Shown: positions 37,202-45,177 of the stretch, piece by piece
How the letters are laid out: each line of letters begins with the position of its first letter
How positions within the stretch are numbered: the first letter of the stretch is position 1
Assembly (NCBI GenBank): GCA_030698565.1
Contig: JAUYJS010000005.1
Span: forward strand, 154,497-218,496
DNA from: Candidatus Shapirobacteria bacterium
GTDB lineage: Bacteria > Patescibacteriota > Microgenomatia > UBA12405
DNA: 64,000 nucleotides
Direction: 5' to 3'
Position numbers and translations under genes: made by a program
The notes under the pieces: generated by a model
Seen by the model: only the letters and a program-made list of their open reading frames with translations
Told to the model about the DNA's origin: nothing
Database searches by the model: none

Positions 37202-38754
37202 CAAAACTTTACAACCCTACTTTTTAACATAGTAGCGAATGGCTCTTTTAACGTAAAGTTAGTTACTTTCTTTTCATCAATAGTAAAGTTCAAGAATATT
37301 TCTCGGCAAATTATATCTTTTCCTCTAGTATCTGCCGATTCAACAATAACTGCCGCATTTTTAGATAAGTTCAAGAATTGTTCTATTGTTAAGGGGTCTG
37401 TTTCTGAATTATTTAAATCATTTTCAAGTTTACTAATGTTGTTGGTTAATTGTGTTTCTTGAGCCTCCATTTTTTCTATTTCATCCGAGTTTATTTTCCA
37501 AATGGTTGAACCTATCTTATAATTGATAATTTCCAGACTTCTGTCTTTAATATCTTTTTTAATTTGTTTTAACACTCCTCTAATATTATTTAATTCTTGT
37601 TTTATTTTTTGCTTCTTAGCATCTGATAGTTTTATAAGATTATCTTGATAATTCTCATAATCTTTTTCGGTAAAATTTAACCCGGTTGTTAAAAATTCAT
37701 ATACAAAGTTAAAAATAACTTTAGAACGTATAGATTTATTTTTACGAATACATAAAGGATTATCACAACGAATATAAAGATATTTTGTTTTCTTACGGCT
37801 TCCAGAGGTAGTTGGTGCTATAACCATTCTACCTCCACAATAATGACAGTAAACCATCCCTCTTAAGGGAAAAAAGGATACTTTGTAGTTTATATTTGGT
37901 TTCATCTTCTTTAAATTAAATCTTTGTATAGCCATAAAGTCTTCTTCACTGACTGCCGGTTTAAAAATTGAAGTTAGATTCTCTCTAAGATCTACTGTAT
38001 CGTTTGCTTGTATTATTTTTCCATAATAAAAAGAGTCGTGAAACATGACACTTAATCTCTGTTTACTTATTAGTATTTCTTTTTTAGATTCATTTTTTAA
38101 TACTCGCGAATAACCATTTTTGTCTAGATATTTTTTAATTTCTTCTATTGAATCCCCCTCTTTTCTCATCTGCCAAGCTGTACAAATTAAATCAAAATTT
38201 TTTCCGTCTGGTTTATAAATTCCATTTTCATTTATATAACCATGTTTAGGAATATGGGTTCTACCGCCTTCTGAAAACTTATGTCTAGTTCCCCGTGTTA
38301 CTTTTTGCGATAGATCATCTGAATACTGTTTTGATAACACAAACGCCATTCCTAAAAGCATTTTCCCGTTGGCATCTTTTGTAAAATAATGGGTTTTAAA
38401 TTTTAGGTCTTTAATTATTGCTTCATCAATAAGGTTAATTATTTCTCCCCCTTCTAACATGTTACGAGCCAATCTGTCAGGGTTCCAAGAAATAATTCCA
38501 TCATAAAGACCTTTTTTAATATCCTTAATCATTTGGTTATACAATGGTCTTTGACCGGGTTTCTTAGCTGATTGTTTTTCTGAAATAGTTTCTACAATAT
38601 TTATATTTAAATCTGAGGCTAGTCGCCTACAATCTAATATTTGATCATTGATAGAACGTATTTGTCTTGATTCATCAGTTGTGGATTTACGAGCGTAAAG
38701 AACATATTTTAATTTCTTGATATCTAATTCTTGTTCTTCTAAAATAGAATTCAT
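37147..38754 (-). CDS. large serine recombinase (resolvase/invertase catalytic domain + recombinase domain + zinc ribbon)
   Basis: YVLYARKSTTDESRQIRSINDQ (catalytic Ser motif), …CHYCGGRM…RCDNPLC (Zn ribbon), C-terminal coiled coil. The last ~18 codons are encoded by the complement of the tRNA-Pro T-arm/acceptor. Confidence 0.8.
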   Translation of the reverse strand: MNSILEEQELDIKKLKYVLYARKSTTDESRQIRSINDQILDCRRLASDLNINIVETISEKQSAKKPGQRPLYNQMIKDIKKGLYDGIISWNPDRLARNMLEGGEIINLIDEAIIKDLKFKTHYFTKDANGKMLLGMAFVLSKQYSDDLSQKVTRGTRHKFSEGGRTHIPKHGYINENGIYKPDGKNFDLICTAWQMRKEGDSIEEIKKYLDKNGYSRVLKNESKKEILISKQRLSVMFHDSFYYGKIIQANDTVDLRENLTSIFKPAVSEEDFMAIQRFNLKKMKPNINYKVSFFPLRGMVYCHYCGGRMVIAPTTSGSRKKTKYLYIRCDNPLCIRKNKSIRSKVIFNFVYEFLTTGLNFTEKDYENYQDNLIKLSDAKKQKIKQELNNIRGVLKQIKKDIKDRSLEIINYKIGSTIWKINSDEIEKMEAQETQLTNNISKLENDLNNSETDPLTIEQFLNLSKNAAVIVESADTRGKDIICREIFLNFTIDEKKVTNFTLKEPFATMLKSRVVKFCRGYWIRTSNLTHPIRAR

Positions 38755-38759
38755 TTGTA

Positions 38760-39140
38760 TTATTGATTAATTGTTTTATACCATCCTCTCGCAAGACGTT
38801 TATTTATTTCTATAAGTTGTTCTTTTACTAATTTATCATCTGTTTCATCTTTTAGGTCTTTAGGCTCTCTTTTACCAAATTCGTCTGTATATACACGTTC
38901 TAAATACCAGGCAGCTGCCTGCCAAGACTTGTTTGAAGCTTCAAAAATTCTACTAATTAATAATAATTTCCTTTCCATTTCTGCCTTTTTTATGGTGTCG
39001 GAAAACTCCGGTTTTTCTTTTTGCCATTCGTAAAAAGTACTTTCTGATATTCCCATACAAAAAGAGGCGTCTCTATTTGACAATCCTTTTTTAATCAGTT
39101 CACAAATTTTTTCTAATAAATCTTTTGAGTATTTAGCCAC
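38760..39140 (-). CDS. phage terminase small-subunit-like HTH protein
   Basis: ICELIKKGLSNRDASFCMGISESTFYEWQKEKPEFSDTIKKAE resembles the TerS N-terminal HTH (Y-E-W-x-K-x-x-P-E-F-x-x-x-I). Confidence 0.4.
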   Translation of the reverse strand: MAKYSKDLLEKICELIKKGLSNRDASFCMGISESTFYEWQKEKPEFSDTIKKAEMERKLLLISRIFEASNKSWQAAAWYLERVYTDEFGKREPKDLKDETDDKLVKEQLIEINKRLARGWYKTINQ

Positions 39141-39243
39141 ACACTATTTTACATTTATTCTACCGATTAATCATTTATTATCAGTAAAAATGCTAATGAC
39201 ATTAGCCATTTCTAGTTTGAATTATTTTTAACTATTATTCTGA

Positions 39244-39594
39244 TTACAATTTAATACCAGTTATTTGAGGTTTGTTGATTTCATCATTCATAATAGCAAC
39301 CCACATACACCGACAACCATCGTGAATAGGTGGTTTGTATTTATAATAAGCTGGGTCGTCTTTAGCAATTACACTTCCGTCTAATTTTGCACAAGTAGGA
39401 CATGTTTTATCATCTAAAATAGCAGAATACTCAAAAGCATAAATATCCTTGGCGTATTCAGTTAGTAGTATATCTATATTTTCACTTGAGGCATGTATAT
39501 TTGCAGATTCAACATTATTTGACTTGTTATTTACTTGTTTTGAAGTAGAGAATATTTTTATAAATATATCTATTAAGTTGTTAATTATCATCAC
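39244..39594 (-). CDS. phage Mu-F/SPP1-gp7-like head-morphogenesis C-terminal domain fragment
   Basis: …CPTCAKLDGSVI…PPIHDGCRCMWV is the C-x-x-C…H-x-x-C-R-C signature of the Phage_Mu_F family; only 116 aa (truncated). Confidence 0.45.
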   Translation of the reverse strand: MMIINNLIDIFIKIFSTSKQVNNKSNNVESANIHASSENIDILLTEYAKDIYAFEYSAILDDKTCPTCAKLDGSVIAKDDPAYYKYKPPIHDGCRCMWVAIMNDEINKPQITGIKL

Positions 39595-39606
39595 ATTTAT
39601 TAGCTA

Positions 39607-39813
39607 TTATTTTCTAAGCGAATTTATTATTTCATTATCAACATTACTAAGGGTTTCCATTGCATTGGTAATTTGGTCAATTAACTGTTTATTGGCGTAG
39701 TTTAAATACAAATTTGTTTTATTTAAATTAAACAAAAATATTACTGAAATAATTAGTCCAACAATAGACAATCTTAAGATCCACAATTCTGTTTTAGATA
39801 TATTAGTTTTCAT
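39607..39813 (-). CDS. small single-TM protein (hypothetical)
   Basis: 68 aa; TM WILRLSIVGLIISVIFLF. Confidence 0.3.
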   Translation of the reverse strand: MKTNISKTELWILRLSIVGLIISVIFLFNLNKTNLYLNYANKQLIDQITNAMETLSNVDNEIINSLRK

Positions 39814-39849
39814 ATTTTAAGTTAATTATTACCAAATAATAACATAACT

Positions 39850-39863
39850 TTCCATATATGGAA
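39850..39863. promoter_or_regulatory. perfect 14-bp palindrome TTCCATATATGGAA in divergent promoter region (candidate operator)
   Basis: Lies between the divergent minus-strand module (start 39813) and the XRE gene (start 39904). A half-site-like TATATGG recurs 9 bp downstream (39870-39876). Confidence 0.35.
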
Positions 39864-39903
39864 TGGTGTTATATGGCAAGTTCCCCAATAATGAGCTTGT
39901 TGT

Positions 39904-40140
39904 ATGCAAGGCTATAAAAAAGACAACCCATATCAAAGAGAACGTAAGGTCTTAGGACAAACGATTAAAAGATTAAGGGAGAATGTTGGAATAACTCAAG
40001 AAGATTTAGCGGACAAGGCACATGTTAACGTATCTTATCTAGCAAAGATTGAGACAGGTTATGTAAATACTACCGTTAGATATTTGATTAAGATTGCTAG
40101 AGGGTTAGGAGTAAGTGTAAAAGAATTGTTTGAATTTTAA
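39904..40140 (+). CDS. XRE-family helix-turn-helix transcriptional regulator
   Basis: LGQTIKRLRENVGITQEDLADKAHVNVSYLAKIETG; 78 aa, cI/Cro-like size. Confidence 0.75.
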   Translation: MQGYKKDNPYQRERKVLGQTIKRLRENVGITQEDLADKAHVNVSYLAKIETGYVNTTVRYLIKIARGLGVSVKELFEF

Positions 40141-40151
40141 CTCAAAAAAAA

Positions 40152-41762
40152 CTAATTATCGGATTGGGGATCTTTCCAATTATCTGGAATCTTGATAGTT
40201 GCTTTTATTCCTGCGTGGTTTTCAAGTAAATAAAGTAAATTGGTTCCACTAAGTAATTCCAATGGTTTACCTGCAGCAAAATCAAAAGCAGCCTTACCAT
40301 AGCCACTTGTAGTAACTAATATACCTTTAGATGCTCCTTCATTTTGGACCGTACCAAATAAATCCCTTACAGCACTAACACCGACTGTATTTTTGTATCG
40401 TTTTGCTTGAATAACGACCTTACCACCAAATATGGGGCGAGGATCATAAGCGACACAATCAACCCCTCCGTCACGTGATGCTTGGGTTAAACGTGTTTCA
40501 AGACCCATCTTCTCAAAAAGATTAGTTATAAGTGACTCAAACTCACCAGGAGTTAAATCCATTAAATTTGGTCTTTGATCTAATTCAGATAAAACATCTG
40601 ATGCTTCAATAAATCTAGAATCAACCATGTTGAATTCCAACACTGGTCTTACAGGGGCTAATTCTGATGGATTTTTTGAAAAAGATGCGTCAAGTGTTTT
40701 TAAACAAGAAATTGGATCAATTCGTGAAAGATCAATATCTTTAAAAACAGAGTCTGTTGTTCTAATTGTAATAATACAAGGCCGAATATCTTTACCCGTT
40801 CCGCTATTTATTGAATTAACATATCCGTTAAAAACCAAGCTTTCAACTAAATTTTCTTTATCTATAGAAAAAATTATATTTAAAATACGAAGCGATTCTT
40901 GTGCAATAAAAGACGTGTATAAATTTTTACGAAAAGTAATTGATGCTGGAATAGATAAAATTTTGTCTGATGATTTTATATATTTACAAGAGGACTCAAG
41001 AGGAATAATTTCAAATGGTGGTAAATCATATTCTATAACGAGTTGTTTTGACTCTGGTATATATGCGAGTTTTGTATTGGATGGAAATTCAGTGGGAAGT
41101 TCAAAAAATTCTAATGCCCAAGAAAAAAATTCTACTACTGCTTGTGGTTGCTTTTTTGTAAAATTATCTTTTAACTTAAAAATCTCATTATTTTTTTCTT
41201 TTGTCTCTTTAATTATTTTTTCTACCTCTTTATTATAATTTTTTTTAGCTTCTAATAACATCTCTTTCCTCTTTTTTTCTTGTATTTTATACAATTCAAC
41301 GTCTTTATTATAATTAATTTCAGCTTCTTCAGTTCTTTTTTTATGTATATTTTTTACTCCTGGAATTAATTTTAACAATCCAAGTTCTTTAGGAAGATAA
41401 TCCTCAAGTTCAGGCTCATTTTCAGTAATATTTAATTTTCCGGGATTAAATGGTTTTATGTCAGGTTCTTTTATAAATTTATCAAGTGAAAAATTATATG
41501 ATTTTAAAAGTGAGTTTTTAAGTCTATCGGATAATTGCTTTATTTGATTAGACAAATCAACTTTTAAAGCTTCTGTTTGTCCTAGTTGAGATTGTAAATA
41601 TTGGCGAGCTTTTTCTTTTTCGTCCAGAATTTTCGCACGTAACATTTGTTTGCGATGTGCTTCTTCCTCTCTTAGGACACGTTTTTGATAGGCGAGATTT
41701 AATCTTGCTTGTCTATTTGCCTCACGTGCAGACGCACGTATCATTTTTACTAAAAGTCCCAT
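40152..41762 (-). CDS. coiled-coil protein with C-terminal Mrr-type (PD-(D/E)xK) restriction endonuclease domain
   Basis: C-terminal LTPGEFESLITNLFEKMGLETRLTQASRDGGVDCVAYD…GGKVVIQAKRYKNTVGVSAVRDLFG…GILVTTSGYGKAAFDFA matches the Mrr_cat pattern (G-x-DGG-x-D … Q-x-K-R-Y). N-terminal ~170 aa strongly coiled-coil (Lys/Glu heptads), plus a ~200-aa middle domain. Confidence 0.65.
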   Translation of the reverse strand: MGLLVKMIRASAREANRQARLNLAYQKRVLREEEAHRKQMLRAKILDEKEKARQYLQSQLGQTEALKVDLSNQIKQLSDRLKNSLLKSYNFSLDKFIKEPDIKPFNPGKLNITENEPELEDYLPKELGLLKLIPGVKNIHKKRTEEAEINYNKDVELYKIQEKKRKEMLLEAKKNYNKEVEKIIKETKEKNNEIFKLKDNFTKKQPQAVVEFFSWALEFFELPTEFPSNTKLAYIPESKQLVIEYDLPPFEIIPLESSCKYIKSSDKILSIPASITFRKNLYTSFIAQESLRILNIIFSIDKENLVESLVFNGYVNSINSGTGKDIRPCIITIRTTDSVFKDIDLSRIDPISCLKTLDASFSKNPSELAPVRPVLEFNMVDSRFIEASDVLSELDQRPNLMDLTPGEFESLITNLFEKMGLETRLTQASRDGGVDCVAYDPRPIFGGKVVIQAKRYKNTVGVSAVRDLFGTVQNEGASKGILVTTSGYGKAAFDFAAGKPLELLSGTNLLYLLENHAGIKATIKIPDNWKDPQSDN

Positions 41763-41786
41763 AATTTAAGTCAAATAAGTTACAAT

Positions 41787-42365
41787 TTATTTATACCATT
41801 TATCAAAACGTTCTGGAATAACTTTAATTATATATCCGCTTTTCGTTAAAAGAGTATCAAAACCCTCTCCACGGAGTGTATTAAAAATACTAATATGTTT
41901 TGTTCCGCAGATAAAAACGACATTTTTATCTTTTATTTTATCTACAATTTTTTTTAACCAAATTTTTTCTCTTTTTTCATACTCTTTCCACATTTCACAA
42001 TCAATTATCATTCTTTGTTCTGGAGTTAATAGACCTATCCAACCATGTTCTTTTTTTAAATCATTCTCATCTTTAATGTTTTCGTTTATTCTTTCATGCA
42101 ATTCTGGATCACAATAACTATGGTCTATATTATTTTTTAATTCTTTTTTCATTTTATCAACCAAACGTTTTATTGTAGAGCTTTTGACTTTCCATATTTT
42201 ATTAACATCAACACTCCATTCTTCAAACACAAATCTAATATCAAAATCTAAAATTAAATTTTCTAATGTATTTAAAAACTGTTTTGATAAATTACAATCT
42301 TTATTTAACTGAATATCATGGTTAATGCCAATTAAGTAGACCACTTCTTTAGACACTTGGTTCAT
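41787..42365 (-). CDS. hypothetical protein (middle gene of the Mrr-nuclease operon)
   Basis: ATG at 42365 (MNQVSKEV…) preferred; the track 'M' at 42413 is a TTG. Two G-x-x-H-like segments (LIGINHD, FICGTKHISIF); no confident family. Confidence 0.35.
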   Translation of the reverse strand: MNQVSKEVVYLIGINHDIQLNKDCNLSKQFLNTLENLILDFDIRFVFEEWSVDVNKIWKVKSSTIKRLVDKMKKELKNNIDHSYCDPELHERINENIKDENDLKKEHGWIGLLTPEQRMIIDCEMWKEYEKREKIWLKKIVDKIKDKNVVFICGTKHISIFNTLRGEGFDTLLTKSGYIIKVIPERFDKWYK

Positions 42366-43194
42366 ACAACTTCTTTTTAAAAAAATTATGATATTTTGCC
42401 AATGAACAATCAATTATTTTATATTGTTTAAGTTTACTTGCAAAATAAAGATAAAAAGTGAAGGAACTCTTTAAAACGAGGTCAATATTATTAGGATTTT
42501 TATCAAGTATCAACATGTCTCCTTTATCATTATTAATCCAAAAGTGCTGAATACCTCTCATTGAAAGATGAACATATTCCGAAAGGTGCTTATAAGCTAA
42601 TAGATAGGTATGTTCAACTCCTCCAGACTTATCTTTTTGTTTTGTTTTTAATTTTTGGTCTATTCCAATAGCCCTATCTAAAAGACTTCCCCATTCCTTA
42701 TCAAATTCCTTCTTTTTCTTGAACGAGATGCCCAGTTTTGATTTGTAGTATGCAAGTTCATCAGAAGGCACTTTAGACATATCTCTTAATTTTTGCCTAG
42801 TGAATATTTTTTTTCTTTGTTTCGGATACCTTGTGTAGTAATCTTGTAATAATTGGACTAGCGATTTTCTATAATAACTATCTTCAATTGCAAAAAGATA
42901 CAATAATCTGTCATTGGGATGACCTAGAACATACATTGAGTTAATCCATGCTTCCACAATGCTTCTTAAGATAACTATTGCTGCCTCTGGTCTACTTTGT
43001 TTACATAGTTCAAATATCGCTTCTGTATATGAGTTAACAGCGGCAAACATTGATACTAATAATATCTGTTTTAAATTTAATTTATTTTTATAAATAGGTT
43101 TTCTTGTAAATTCATCTTTCGTATAATTAACCATTTCCGATAGCTTTTCTAGTATTTCCTGATTTTTGGGTTTTATTTTTGGTAAAATATCCAT
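42349..43194 (-). CDS. hypothetical α-helical protein (first gene of the Mrr-nuclease operon)
   Basis: 281 aa with SD-like AAAGG upstream; 17-nt overlap with the next gene; no motif recognised. Confidence 0.35.
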   Translation of the reverse strand: MDILPKIKPKNQEILEKLSEMVNYTKDEFTRKPIYKNKLNLKQILLVSMFAAVNSYTEAIFELCKQSRPEAAIVILRSIVEAWINSMYVLGHPNDRLLYLFAIEDSYYRKSLVQLLQDYYTRYPKQRKKIFTRQKLRDMSKVPSDELAYYKSKLGISFKKKKEFDKEWGSLLDRAIGIDQKLKTKQKDKSGGVEHTYLLAYKHLSEYVHLSMRGIQHFWINNDKGDMLILDKNPNNIDLVLKSSFTFYLYFASKLKQYKIIDCSLAKYHNFFKKKLYEPSV

Positions 43195-43893
43195 CTGTTG
43201 TTTTACCTTTTATAACACAAACCTCATGTACATATATTAGATCTTAATACTTCTACTAATTTACTTATTAAGTTCAATAATACTTTTCTTAATTAGTTTT
43301 CGGATCATCATCTAACTTAATACGTTTTCCATCTGAGTCTTTTATGCTTGTTGCATTGGCTTTTGCTTCTTCTGAATTTACATCAACAGATTTCATTGTA
43401 TTAATTAGCAGATCAAGTGATGTTGGTTGTGTAGATGTGTTTTTTTGATTTTCGTCAATACTCATAAGGAGAATTATAGCTATTTTGTGGGTATTTTAAA
43501 AGTAAATATTCAGATAGTTTTTCTTTGTTGTTGTTATAATCCCAATTATTAACAAGCGATTCAAATAGGGGTTTAAAAAGTTCAATGCTTATCGCTTCAT
43601 CCCGACAATACCTTTTTTCTCTTCCCATGCCTCAATTTGCTCATCAGCAAATTTGTCAACTTGGGTGACGTAAACATTGCTATCTATCACTTTAGTGTTT
43701 TTATCTCGCCATTACTGTTTTTGTACGTTTAAGGCGACTTGGTGACATAATGTCTCACAGACAAACTGCCCTATTATCGGCTATGTTCTGTAATTTGGAT
43801 TATGGGAAGTTGAGTCACCAAACTTACATCAAAAAGGTGACGTTTGTATACCTAAAAAAACCTGAAATAATTTAGCTTACCGAAAAAAATAAT

Positions 43894-44157
43894 TTATTTT
43901 TTTGGTTGTATAGCCACTTCCTGCTCATTAAAGATAGCCTTCACTGGTTTACCAGTTTCTGCTGTAATTTTTTGCATCGTATCGAGTAAACCGTCTCTTG
44001 AGCAACCAGGCAAAACTTCTACATCAACCTGTTCATTTCCAACACTTATTCCGCCAATAAAAACCTGTACTTTATGACCCTTAACTTTCTTTAAACCACG
44101 CATCGAATACTTTTCAGTTAAGGTCTGGGGGGCTAGGTTTCGATTAACTTCTTTCAT
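43894..44157 (-). CDS. hypothetical 87-aa protein
   Basis: ORF only; sits just inside the putative island end. Confidence 0.25.
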   Translation of the reverse strand: MKEVNRNLAPQTLTEKYSMRGLKKVKGHKVQVFIGGISVGNEQVDVEVLPGCSRDGLLDTMQKITAETGKPVKAIFNEQEVAIQPKK

Positions 44158-44283
44158 AATTTTATCTTCTAAGTTTAGAATTTCATCTATATTGTAACAT
44201 ACATAGTTGTTCCTAAAATTTATAGATATTTGTCATTTTTTTGGATTTAAAATCGCGCGCGCAAAGAATAATTTTCAATCGAG

Positions 44284-44324
44284 CCCCGCTTTTTACGCCG
44301 TGCCCCCGCCCACGGCGTGCGGGG
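44284..44324. repeat. GC-rich compound hairpin (CCCCGC-uuuuu-ACGCCGUG-loop-CACGGCGU-GCGGGG)
   Basis: 14 G:C-rich pairs in a 41-nt span inside an AT-rich spacer between the island end and ppa. No clean U-tract on either strand. Confidence 0.4.
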
Positions 44325-44448
44325 AAGTGTTATAATTTCATGAATACAGTTCGAATTTTTCAGTACAATGCCGACTTAGTTTAAACGCATTCACATAATC
44401 GCTTGTTCGAAGAAATGAAAGTAAGAGTTTGTGGATCTAATAAAAAGC

Positions 44449-44991
44449 TTAACGCTTTAATTCTGAAATAGCTTCGCCTTCTTCTTGATAAGTCTTGGAA
44501 GACTCTTCAATCATGCTGTATGCGTCTTCTAAACTTCTCCAACCTTTGATAACAACGTCTTTTTCTTCAAGTCTTTTATATTCACTAAAAAAATGAACGA
44601 TTGATTTTAAAAGGTGGGGTGAGACATCGTTTACATCTTTGATATGAGCGAAGTTTGGATTCTTGGCTGGGACAGCTAAAACTTTTTCATCATCACCCTT
44701 TTCGTCGGCCATAATAAAAAGACCGATGGGGCGAGCTTCCATAAGACAACCTGGGAAAACAGGAGAGTCGGTAATAACCATTATATCCATATGATCACCG
44801 TCGGCGGCTCTAGTTTCTGGAATAAAACCATAATCAACCGGATAAAAGAATGGTGAATGAAGTACTCGGTCGAGTTTTATGACATTTAATTCTTCATCAA
44901 ATTCGTATTTGTTATGGGAACCTTGGGGAATTTCTATGATAGCGTTGACTATCTGAGGAGATTTTTTGTTATTTGGCACTAGTTGAATCAT
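44449..44991 (-). CDS. ppa: inorganic pyrophosphatase (family I)
   Basis: IEIPQGSHNKYEFD…DGDHMDIMV…AKNPNF. Confidence 0.9.
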   Translation of the reverse strand: MIQLVPNNKKSPQIVNAIIEIPQGSHNKYEFDEELNVIKLDRVLHSPFFYPVDYGFIPETRAADGDHMDIMVITDSPVFPGCLMEARPIGLFIMADEKGDDEKVLAVPAKNPNFAHIKDVNDVSPHLLKSIVHFFSEYKRLEEKDVVIKGWRSLEDAYSMIEESSKTYQEEGEAISELKR

Positions 44992-45177
44992 AATGATATG
45001 ATACTAGCATATGGAAAGTAGAAATAAAAGCGAAAATATTAAAGACAATTTGATTTTTAAAATTGAAACAGAGGATACGGATAAGATCCTAAATAAGAGA
45101 ATTAAAATTATAAAACGAGCCTATGCAAGTTTGCGTAGATCGGCTTGGGAAAAATTGAAAGGTAAGTTGGGTGAGTG

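Larger units (their letters stand above)
37128..44375. mobile_element. putative integrative island at tRNA-Pro (serine-recombinase type; phage-derived, partly decayed)
   Basis: tRNA-Pro and an overlapping serine recombinase at the left end. Cargo includes phage remnants, an XRE switch and a nuclease operon. A degenerate copy of the tRNA 3' segment (GTTCGAAT…CAGTA…CCGAC) at 44349-44375 is followed by the conserved ppa gene. Confidence 0.45.

Noticed and set aside
42366-42413. Longer form of the 208-aa island ORF
   Set aside because: Its first codon is TTG and the extension overlaps the upstream gene by 65 nt; the ATG at 42365 is preferred.
43290-43463. 57-codon minus-strand ORF (MSIDENQKNTSTQPTSLD…) in the decayed tract
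   Set aside because: It has no SD, low-complexity composition and no motif. It is treated as a probable pseudogene fragment rather than a gene.
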